The notes under the pieces are model-generated. The model made no database searches. It saw only the letters and a list, made by a program, of their open reading frames with translations, and was not told the DNA's origin. From Octopus sinensis (Eukaryota), in assembly GCF_006345805.1 (NCBI RefSeq), contig NC_042997.1:30194001-30258000 (forward strand): 64,000 nt of DNA, given 5' to 3'. Shown in pieces: positions 12,615-23,557 of this stretch. A program made the position numbers and the translations under genes. Within the stretch, counting starts at the first letter, position 1. Each line of letters opens with the position of its first letter.

Positions 12615-13047
12615 AATGTATCAACACAAGAAGGATACCTCGATATTAGAGAACGAGAGGATTATTTATACATATTATAAATTAGAACAAGCAGTAACAA
12701 GTTGTACTGGGAGTTTGCCATTAATAGCCGACCAGAACGTATCGTAGCTCTTTGCTCCGGCATTCAAACTCGGAGTACTATAATGACAACCTTTTACTGT
12801 TTGTTGTAATTTGTAAGTAACTGATATATATATATACGTAAATATTGAACATTGAGAATGAGTGCTCAACACCGCATTGGTGGATAAAATTTCTTTATCT
12901 GCGTATTAAGGCTACCATTGGCTTCATGTTAAGACAATATCTTAATATCTTAAAAAGTTTTCAAGCCGTTCACATGGAGGAATGGCGGTCATTTCCATTT
13001 TGGATGAAGACACCAATAGCAACCTTAATACACACACACACACACGC

Positions 13048-13086
<39 letters not shown>

Positions 13087-13204
13087 CACACATACATACA
13101 CACACACATACATACATACATACATACATACATACACATACATATACAGATATATATATATATATATATATATATTCCGACACCTTTATATATATATATA
13201 TAAC

Positions 13205-14286
13205 GTCGTCAGAAGTTTGGGAAAAAATCCTTTTATTTCTTCATTTTTTATACTATGTAAGTTCGATCACACCTCTTTCAATTCCATGATTTTGAGAACA
13301 TTAGAGAACACTTACAAAACGTACTGTTTCTGCTTTTCTTTTACATTCAGATGCTGATTACGGACTAACATCATAAGCAACATCTCATACAGCATCGCAA
13401 GACACATGTGTACTATAGTAACTGACACAAAATACGTGAAATCCGACTCAATGAACTCAAAGATTTCCCCACAATGCAGAAATAATGAGGGAATTAAAAA
13501 GTCGATGAAACTACGGACACCTAAGAAAAATTTAATGAAAACACGATTCCGTTCATTAACACACACAGTCCTGGAATAAACAACATCTTTCACGCCATAA
13601 AATTGAACTTACATATACTCCTACAAAGCCCCAAAATGAAAACACTGATTGAAAAAAAAACATCTTACGGAATAGCAGACGCCTACCAAAAAATCTTAAA
13701 GAATACCTCACAAAAGCAGAATTCAAATCAGAGAATGAATCAGAATTCATAGTAAAATAATGTGGAGGTAGGAGATGTGGAGCATGCAACAAATATCAAC
13801 AACTTCAAATTCTTAGAAAATGGTTCCCACATAAAATGCAACTGCGGTTCCCTTTTCAAAATAAATGCCGATGTGAACTGCAAAACGCAAAACCACATAT
13901 ACTACATTACCTGTCAAAACTGCAAACAAAATTACATTGGCGAAACAAATAATTCCCTCTGCCAACGAGCAAGAATCCACAGGCAACATCTCCGACAAGA
14001 AGAATTACGCAAGATTTCATTAAATAAGCATCTGGAAATATGCAGCGACGGAAAATTCAAACTCTTCCCCTTTTACAAATGTGCACGGGACGATCCGCAA
14101 TGGAACTACATTTCATCAAAAACTTCTCTCCAAAGTTGAATGTTTCAAAGAAAAGCAGAGATAGTACGTTTTGTGTTATACTAATGTTCTCTAACGCAAA
14201 ATCATGGAATTGAAAGAGGCATGATCGAAGTTACACAGTATATAATAATGAAGAGATAAAAGGATTTTTTCCCAAATTCTGACGAC
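13205..14286 (+). mobile_element. Penelope-like element fragment: RT thumb + GIY-YIG endonuclease, with inverted terminal copies
   Basis: NISYSIARHMCTIV...IRLNELK (RT thumb-like); CGGRRCGAC...NCKTQNHIYYITCQNCKQNYIGET...QRARIHRQH (GIY-YIG with Cys cluster); 13205-13348 inverted relative to 14137-14286. Confidence 0.85.
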
Positions 14287-14313
14287 CTGTACATCACACC
14301 TAACACTCTATAC

Positions 14314-14344
<31 letters not shown>

Positions 14345-15363
14345 CGTATTTATGTATGTATATATAATTATATACATACATACATACAATATATATACCA
14401 CACACATATATAATATATATATATAATATATATATATATATGTATATATATATTATATATATATATATATATATATGAATATACATACACACATATGTAT
14501 ACATACACACAAGTAACATACATATATATATATATATAATATATATAATATATATATATATATATATGTATATATGTGTGTGTGTGTGTGTGGTGTGTGT
14601 GTATACTTAGTGTGCTATTGCTTAGTTTCAGACATCTACTTTCGAGCAGGTATATGATAAATGCTATCATACCGTTGTTTTGTGTTGCATTTTTAATGAC
14701 GTCACAGTGTAACTTGAGGGAGACTTGTCTGCTATTTCTAGTAGGTTGGGCGATTATTTAGATAATGTCTCGTCGGATCATCTTCAGTTAAACAGTTAAC
14801 ACATGGTATGTATTTTCTACATGATATATAATCTGAAAACTTGTAAGGTAAATGCTTATAAAACAATTTTATGTAGACTACTTCCGCTTGACTTTCGATG
14901 ACTAAACTGACGTTTAAGAAAAATTCCAAAATTTAATTTTACCTTTGCTTCAATAGAATATGCAAGCCTAAAGGAATGGAGAAAACAGATTTGTTGGTGA
15001 AAAGTAAACTGAAACATTACTTCGAAGGTCGTAAATCAAATTGTAAATCAAAATGCAATTGCAAGTCTAGTATGGAAAAATCTAGAAATTTAAACATTGA
15101 TATTAGTAATATATCAGAATTCGGTAAAGTTCTAAAGTAGAAAAAAAGGAAAATATTGGGTTACTGAAGCCAAAAGATAAACTAACGTAAAAGAAAATAA
15201 ATGCAAAAATATATGCCTCCGAAACATGTTTCAGATTTATTTTCAGCTATTTTCATAGGCGCAAATAAAACTTTTTTTTTTTAATAGCTGCTTGAAGAAT
15301 GTTATGTGATTAAATATTGTTGATATCTGCTCTAATATGGTACAGAGACAAATTATAACAAAG

Positions 15364-15422
<59 letters not shown>

Positions 15423-15427
15423 ACATA

Positions 15428-15486
<59 letters not shown>

Positions 15487-15536
15487 CATATATATGTATA
15501 CAGATATGTATATACATAACCAAGCACTTTCACATT

Positions 15537-15580
<44 letters not shown>

Positions 15581-15615
15581 CACACGTACACACTCACACG
15601 CACAGATATATATAT

Positions 15616-15673
<58 letters not shown>

Positions 15674-15824
15674 ACAATTGAGTGTAAAAATAATTAATTA
15701 ATCAATTTCACCAAGTGTTCAGTATGTAAAAGGACCATTTAAGGCGAATTCAAAATATTACATTATATAATTAGGGCTTAGTAAAATAAATTACTTTGCC
15801 ACATACTGAACTTAGTAGAAATAG

Positions 15825-15863
<39 letters not shown>

Positions 15864-15973
15864 GTTAGCATTTCTACTACTTAAAAGAAAATTTCTCTCA
15901 GATAATGTTTACTCCAGACAGCCCACGAAGGTTTGGAGGTAAATACAGAAAAATATCACAAGTACATAGATCG

Positions 15974-16036
15974 TTTGAGTACGTCAACGTTTCAAGATTA
16001 GCCAAATAAAATCAGCATTTCTTTCGTCAGCTCAAA
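15974..16036 (-). ncRNA. Type I hammerhead ribozyme motif (canonical core)
   Basis: TTTGAG-CTGACGA-AAGA..GCTGA..TTGGC..TCTT-GAAA-CGTTGAC-GTA-CTCAAA; 6-bp stem I, GUA site. Confidence 0.8.
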
Positions 16037-16405
16037 ATTTTTAATTTGGGTTTGGAACACACTAAAAGAAGGAACTTTACCTATCAGCGAACTTGTCGCT
16101 TCAGATGAACCACTCCAACTAACAGTATCAACAAATTCAAAATGCGCAGGCGTAAATCTCTGCAACCCTTCCACCACGTCGTCTATCTAGCAAACATTAT
16201 ATTTTAACCGCGAGAACGAGGCAGTATGACCGAGAGAAATGAATTATAATATCAACAATTGAGTGTAAAATTAATTAATTAATCAATTTCACCAAGTGTT
16301 CAGTATGTAAAAGGACCATTTAAGGCGAATTCAAAATATTGAATTATATAATTAGGGCTTAGTAAAATAAATTACTTTGCCACATACTGAACTTAGTAGA
16401 AATAG

Positions 16406-16444
<39 letters not shown>

Positions 16445-16554
16445 CTTAGCATTTCTACTACTTAAAAGAAAATTTCTCTCAGATAATGTTTACTCCAGAC
16501 AGCCCACGAAGGTTTGGAGGTAAATACAGAAAAATATCACAAGTACATAGATCG

Positions 16555-16615
16555 TTTGAGTACGTCAACGTTTCAAGATTAGCCAAAAAAAATCAGCATT
16601 CTTCGTCAGCTCAAA
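16555..16615 (-). ncRNA. Type I hammerhead ribozyme motif (canonical core), second copy
   Basis: TTTGAG-CTGACGA-AGAATGCTGA..TTGGCTAATCTT-GAAA-CGTTGAC-GTA-CTCAAA; small indels in stem II. Confidence 0.75.
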
Positions 16616-16724
16616 ATTTCTTAATTTGGATTGGAAACACTAAAAGAACGAACTTTACCTATCAGAATTTTACTAGATATATATATATATTATATATGAT
16701 AATATATATATATTATATATATAT

Positions 16725-16784
<60 letters not shown>

Positions 16785-16903
16785 ATTATAAATGAGGGTG
16801 AAAAATCGATATTAATTTAATAATACCATTAATTTAACACAAGTGGCTTAGCACAAAAAACTACGGAGAAATACAAATTTATACATAAATTATTAGAGAG
16901 TTA

Positions 16904-17010
16904 TATGGCTCAGTGGTTAGATCTTTGGGCTCAAAATCATGAGGTAGTGAGTTCGATTCCTGAACGGTCTGTGTATTGTCTTCTTGAGCCTGATGCTTTA
17001 TTTGACGTTG
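16904..17010 (+). mobile_element. Degenerate tRNA-SINE head (family C-like)
   Basis: TGGCTCAGTGGTTAG...GAGTTCGATTCC A/B boxes followed by TTCTTGAGC. Confidence 0.5.
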
Positions 17011-17122
17011 CTATTAGTTATATATATATATATATAATATATATATATATGTGTGGTGTGTGTGTGTGTGTGGTGTGTGTGTATATACACATACACACAG
17101 ATGTATATAATATATATATATA

Positions 17123-17505
17123 TGGAAGCACTCCGTCGGTTACGACGATGAGGGTTCCGGTTGATCCGAATCAACGGAACAGCCTGCTCGTGAAATTAAA
17201 GTGTAAGGGCTGAGCACTTACAGGACACGTGCACCCTTAACGTAGTTTCGGGGATATTCAGCGTGACACAGAGAGTGACAAGACCGGCCCCTTGAAATAC
17301 AGGTACAAACAAAACAGGAAGTGAGAGTGAGAGAAAGTGTGTGTGAAAGAGTACAGCAGGGATCACCACCATCCCCTGTCGGAGCCTCGTGAAACTTTTT
17401 AGGTGTTTTCGCTCAATAAACACTTACAACGCCCGGTCTGGGAATCGAAACCGCGATCCTATGATCGCGAGTCCACTGTCCTAACCACTGGGCCATTGCG
17501 CCTCC
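17123..17505 (-). mobile_element. SINE family D, full length
   Basis: Minus strand GGAGGCGCAATGGCCCAGTGGTTAGG...GGTTTCGATTCCC; body shared with 22139 and 33434 copies. Confidence 0.9.
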
Positions 17506-17789
17506 TATATATATATATATACATAGGCAATTCTGCCAATTACTGGCAGTTTTCTAACATGGAAATGACGTACTTTGTCGATTCATCCTGTTTATTCCAA
17601 CATGGGAGCCAGACGAAATGTGTTAATTTTCATATAATGGCTTTATAAGTTGGCGTCAGCATTGATTTCAGTCGACAAAAATTACCACTCTACTTTGTGC
17701 AGTGTTGAGTAGTGTTCGTTTCGTTTTTTTTTTCTTTGTATTATGATTTTTTCATTAGATTCTCTGAAACACACACACACACACACACA

Positions 17790-17850
<61 letters not shown>

Positions 17851-18009
17851 TTTGTGTGTATGTATATATGTGTGTATGTGTCGTGTGTCTGTCTTGTGTC
17901 TGTCTCAGCGTTTGACACTCAGTTCGACTTAATTGCTTTCGTAAGATTGCAACGGTGGCAACAAAGTCGAAGATTGGTAGGTAACTGCCAGCCGTTTTTA
18001 CTTACAAAG

Positions 18010-18157
18010 GTGTGGTTGAATGGTAAGAAGATTGCTTCCCAACAACGTGGTTCCGGACTCAGTTCCACTGCGGGACAGCTTGGGCAAGTGTCTTCCACCA
18101 AAGACGCGATCCACTGTGTGAGTGGATTAGGTTGATGAAAACTGAAATAAGCTCGTA
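18010..18157 (+). mobile_element. Diverged 5' half of SINE family A
   Basis: TGGTAAGAAG.TTGCTTCCCAAC...TTGGGCAAGTGTCTTC...GTGAGTGGATT..GAAAACTGAA. Confidence 0.6.
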
Positions 18158-18163
18158 GTACAT

Positions 18164-18212
<49 letters not shown>

Positions 18213-18369
18213 CGCACACATACACACACACATGTATGCAGTTAGATTGAGCCCGAGATCCCGTCGTTGTGACTAAAATTTCTCAACAGTTCGGCCATGT
18301 TTTTACAAATATATACAAACGAACACAGATATGCGCGCACACACACATACAAAAACTCACACACACACC

Positions 18370-18614
18370 GCCGGAAGTTGTTGGTGACAAACAACAGCAG
18401 TAATTTTATTCAGCTCAATACACGTCATTGATTGGTTGAAATTACCGAAATACGACAACTTTAACAAGAAATAACTTCCAAAATACGGAATTTTCTATAC
18501 AACGCCAAGACTAAAAGGTGTTTTATGTACCACATTCTACCAGTATACGAAGTTTGAAAGTGTTTAGTTACAAAAAATTATTTTTGAAATCCGTCGGTCA
18601 AAAGGTAAAGATCC
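18370..18614. repeat. Unclassified interspersed repeat, copy 2 (related to 140-565)
   Basis: Shared CATTCTACCAGTATACGAAGTTT and AAAGATCC terminus. Confidence 0.45.
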
Positions 18615-18625
18615 GATAGATAGAC

Positions 18626-18678
<53 letters not shown>

Positions 18679-18806
18679 TATAGTAGATAGAGATAGATAG
18701 AATACATTTGTACTATATACACACAAACACACAAACACATACATACACGTGCGTGTGTGAATATATATATACATATATATTCACATATAAATATACAAAA
18801 TATATA

Positions 18807-18864
<58 letters not shown>

Positions 18865-19282
18865 TGAAAATAATTAAAGGGCGGGCAACAGGCTGCTTCG
18901 CCGCATACCGAAGGAATTAGAAATGGCAGTCAAAGACGTTTTTTTCCCATTTTCTATAAGTGGATTTTCCAAATACGACGACCCTGCGATTCACATACGC
19001 AAAAACGGAGTAGCAAAATAAACGAAAACAATCTCTTACCGTTAATGATGAACATGTATCTGGATCACAAGCTCGAAAATAGCTTGATTTCCTTTATCAA
19101 CACCATATTCGATAGATTTACCAAATGCCACAAGCCCTCACTTCTAACCAAGCGACATCAGATAGTGGGGGGAGGTGTGCATATGTTAAAACTAAGTAAT
19201 GACTGAGAACGTAAATTTTCCCTCCAAAATTCTGCCATATATATATATATATATATATACACGCATACACCCAGAACCACAC

Positions 19283-20416
19283 TAACAGCTTTTGAATGAA
19301 AATAGCCCATCTAGACATTTTCTTTTTTTTTTTCAGAAAATAAAGGCTATTGATTCATATTAAGCATACATTAAGTATATATTTAACAGAAACCCATAAT
19401 AATATTATAACATTTACTGACATAATGAATTATTTAGCCACATGAGCGCCAAGGAAGGAAGGATCCGATTGTGGGACCTCCAAGATTATGACAGACAGGG
19501 ATTTAAGGAATATTGACCGCAAGGTACGTGGGAAACCGGGACAAATAAGCAAAGCTATTTTCACTGCCTCTGGGCTTACTCATTTACCAAAACCCATCAA
19601 AAACAGCATCCTAGAGACCGTGGCTTCTGTGCGAGAACCTCTGAAAGTGTCTCCTTCAATGGGCCCAAAATTACATGAGGGTGGTCATGAGTTATGTTCT
19701 GTTCACTGATGAAACCAGGACCACGCTTGACGAACTTGACACTTGGGCAAATAGTTGGGTCTGTTTCGGAGATGAGCATCACCAACGTTTACGACGTCAA
19801 CAACAGTGTGGAGGAGTCATGTGGTGGGCTGGTATCATTGAGTACAGACTTATTGGTCCAGCAAGTGTGCCTGGAGAGGTTAAAGTGACCGCAGCCGCCT
19901 ACTGCAATCTCCTGAATGAGGTCCTGGATCCCTGGCTAGATGACATACCGCTGTCACTTCTAAGGAATCACGAATTCATGCATGACAACGATCCCTCCCA
20001 CTCTCCTAGGAGTATCCAAACATTCATAGGGGTCTTACGGCATACAAAGTGAAAGTTTGATGGTGTGGCCACTAGCATCTCCGAATCTCAATCCTATCGA
20101 AAAACCTTTGGTCCATCATTGAACAAGATGTTTATGCTGATGGACGCTAATTTACGTTGAAAGATTCTTATGGGCGACTATCAAAGCTGCAGCAGAGGCA
20201 GCCAATCTGTTACTGTTAAGAAATTGACAGATTCCATAATTGGGTTTTTGAGGTAATCCGTCGAAATGGCGCTCATGTGGCTAAATACTTCATTATGTCA
20301 ATAAATGTTATAATATTATGATTTTCTATATTTAATGTATGCTTAATATATATCATTAACCTTCATTTCTGAAGAAAAAAATGTCTACATGGGCTATTTT
20401 CTTGCGAAAGCTATTA
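19283..20416 (+). mobile_element. Tc1-like transposon relic, probably DD37E (TRT-like), with ~150-170-bp inverted ends
   Basis: VLFTDETRTTLD..DTW, GGVMWWAGII, FMHDNDPSH, WPLASPNLNPIE (37 residues D-to-E after fixing one frameshift); 19282-19451 inverted relative to 20267-20417; TA at both ends. Confidence 0.8.
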
Positions 20417-20559
20417 GCTATTAGAAGAATCTGAAAAAAAGAGAAAGGACATTACACAGAATAATGAAAATATAACAATGGTGTTGCCATAGTGTGAAAA
20501 CCAGCTGGGAAAACCGAGAAATCCTAAATTTCACTTCTAAGCTATTAGCGTGGTTGTGG

Positions 20560-20670
20560 GTGTATGTGTACGTACATATGTACATATATATATAGACATA
20601 CATGCATACATGCATGCATACATACATGCGTACGTACACACATACATACATACATACATACATACATACA

Positions 20671-20704
<34 letters not shown>

Positions 20705-20992
20705 CATACATACATACATATATACATACATTTATACATACATCCATGCATACATACACACATACATACATACATACATACATGTATGCATACATACATA
20801 CATACATACATACATGCATACATACATGCGTACGTACGTACACACATACATACATACATACATACATACATACATACATACATACATACATACATACATA
20901 CATACATACATACATACATACATACATGCATGCATGCATGCATACATACATACATACATACATACATACATACATACATACATACATACATA
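20560..20992. repeat. (TACA)n compound microsatellite
   Basis: About 430 bp of TACA units with recurring CATGCGTACGTAC interruptions. Confidence 0.95.
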
Positions 20993-22138
20993 CTGGGTGG
21001 GGATTGCATTTGCAGATCAAATCTGACTGCAAATGCGATTTTTTTTTATGTGCAATTCATATGTTTATTTGGTGCAAATAATGTTTTTCTTTCTCCTTTT
21101 CATTTTATGGTTAAAAGAAAATGTTGTAAAGAGATAAACATAAAACAAAATCGTCTGAATTGTTGCAGCCATGCTACTTCCATGAAAGGTCCGTGTATTT
21201 GCTCCTAATATCAGAATATAGCTGAACATTGATAAGAAAGGATTCCTTTCTGGCGAAGATCATGTTTCTTAAAGGAAAAAAAAGGGGGTAAATTATCAAA
21301 GTTAATGCTAAATATAAATGGGAAACGTCAACAATATAATGGATGGGAGTAATGGCAAAGAACTACGAAATACAAGTAGTAAAATGAGAAATGTGAACTC
21401 GCATATAAGTAAGATGGATCAAATTCTTAAGACAGCAAATTTTATTGAGTTTGTAAGTATGATGTTTTCATATAAATTTGTTTCGCAGTGTTTTATAGAA
21501 ATTTTTAACTAGTTCATTTAACAATTGTATATAATATAAATGTACATGCATTTTATATCTTTTGCGATTGAAATTTGACGCAGACCAGAAATAAGTTACT
21601 TAATGGAAATGTATGAAACAGAAGCACATCTCAGTTTTCCCTAATGGAAAATACGTAAAAATCTGTGTGAACATGCAATTGGGGCTTTTATATTGAAAAG
21701 TTGAATAACAGATGTAGATATGTTTTCCTTTTTATATTCTCGCATTCTTCCAAGCAATTTCTCAGCCATTTTAAATATCACAAATGTCAGATAAGAAGTA
21801 ACTTGTTTCCTTAAGGGTGTGTGGATCATAACAAAAATAGAGATACGACTGCATTAAGATACTGGACTTGCATTTTTAGTGTTTTCAAACGAGTAAACTT
21901 CCTCCAATACTTATGTGCATTCTCGTGAATTTCAGGTAATCAGTCATACGGGTATATTGTCATATAACATCTATAATAAAAAGAAGAGACATACATGATT
22001 GAACCTTCTCATCTGAAATTTTCCAATTTATGGTCTTAGGTACTAGCTGCTATTTATCACGTTAATAATAATTATTTTCAAAAATTCAGCTAAAAATTCC
22101 TTTCAAATAAATTTACAAATGATCATCATAAATCAAAT

Positions 22139-22520
22139 GTGGAAGCACTCCGTCGGTTACGACGATGAGGGTTCCGGTTGATCCGAATCAACGGAACAGC
22201 CTGCTCGTGAAATTAACGTGTAAGTTGCTGAACACTCCACAGACACGTGCACCCTTAACGTAGTTCTCGGGGATATTCAGCGTGACACAGAGAGTGACAA
22301 GGCCGGCCCTTTGAAATACAAGGTACAACAGAAACAGGAAGTAAGAGTGAGAGAAAGTTGTGGTGAAAGAGTACAGCAGGGATCACCACCATCCCCTGCC
22401 GGAGCCTCGTGGAGCTTTTAGGTGTTTTCGCTCAATAAAGACTCACAACGCCCGGTCTGGGAATCGAAACCGCGATCCTATGACCGCGAGTCCGCTGCCC
22501 TAACCACTGGGCCATTGCGC
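22139..22520 (-). mobile_element. SINE family D with 12-bp TSD
   Basis: CATAAATCAAAT at 22127-22138 and 22521-22532. Confidence 0.9.
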
Positions 22521-23056
22521 CATAAATCAAATACTTTAAGGGGAAAAGCGTGTTTGACTCACAAAGTTAAGGATGCGATAGTCAAGTCACTTAAGATAGT
22601 CGCTTATCCTAACAAATAAATATATTCAATTATATGCAATTATATAATTGGCTGTTATAAAGTAATAATTCTAAAACAGAAAATAGAACCTATGTTTTAT
22701 AGGCAGCTGAATGGATTCAATTTGGAATTAAGTATCCTAATTAGAAATATTAGATGGCAGCTGATCAGTGACTTTGAACTCAGGAAGTGTTGAAAGAAAA
22801 CTCATTAATTACAATAGATGGTTTCAATAACAACTACCTAACTATTTATAAATGTACTAATTATTTATAATTACTGCAGAGAAACAAATTTTTGAAGTTT
22901 TTCTCATAGACGGAATTGTTGATTAATTTGGAAAACATTTCATATAGGTCCAGGAATAAAATAAATGCTTTTAAACAATCTTTTATCCCTATTTTCCGCC
23001 ATGCTTGCAAAATACTGAAAGCAGGACGCCCAACTCAAAAAAAAAAAGCTTTATAA

Positions 23057-23434
23057 AGGCGCAGGAGTGGCTGTGTGGTAAGTAGCTTGCTAACCAACCA
23101 CATGGTTCCGGGTTCAGTCCCACTGCGTGACATCTTGGGCAAGTGTCTTCTGCTATAGCCCCGGGCCGACCAATGCCTTGTGAGTGGATTTGGTAGACGG
23201 ATACTGAAAGAAGCCTGTCGTATATATGTATATAAATGTGTGTGTGTGTGTTTGTGTTTGTCCCCCTAGCATTGCTTGACAACCGATGCTGGTGTGTTTA
23301 CGTCCCCGTCACTTAGCGGTTCGGCAAAAGAGACCGATAGAATAAGTACTGAGTTGCTCGACTAAAGGCGGTGCTCCAGCATGGCCGCAGTCAAATGACT
23401 GAAACAAGTAAAAGAGTAAAAGAGTAAAAGAGAG
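23057..23434 (+). mobile_element. SINE family A with ~30-bp internal deletion
   Basis: Lacks GGCTTACAAAGAATAAGTCCCGGGGTCGA present in the 9619 copy. Confidence 0.9.
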
Positions 23435-23557
23435 TATGGGTGTATTTTCACTGGCATTAAATGTAAAATTTTATCAAAAATATTTTGCAGCACAAAACAT
23501 ACTCGCTAAAAAAAAAAGAGCACAATGCGAAGAATTTCAAAGACACATTTGGCAATC

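Larger units (their letters stand above)
15668..16665 (-). mobile_element. Tandem pLTR / retrozyme-like element: two ~420-bp direct repeats + 161-bp spacer
   Basis: 15668-16087 and 16249-16665 are direct repeats with period 581 bp, each containing a hammerhead; no ORF; embedded in (TA)n. Confidence 0.7.

Noticed and set aside
15668-16665. CRISPR-like repeat-spacer interpretation of direct repeats in the window
   Set aside because: Repeats are hundreds of bp long or simple microsatellites, there are no short regularly spaced repeats and no cas genes, and the context is eukaryotic.
21246-21278. CCTTT-CTGGCGA-AGATC...AAAGG hammerhead-like string
   Set aside because: No GAAA and no stem II 3' strand; may be chance.
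21318-21720. Possible exon ending at TTT/GTAAGT (about 21453) and a SWIM-like LCEHAIG string
   Set aside because: No convincing acceptor, multiple stops and no recognisable homology.
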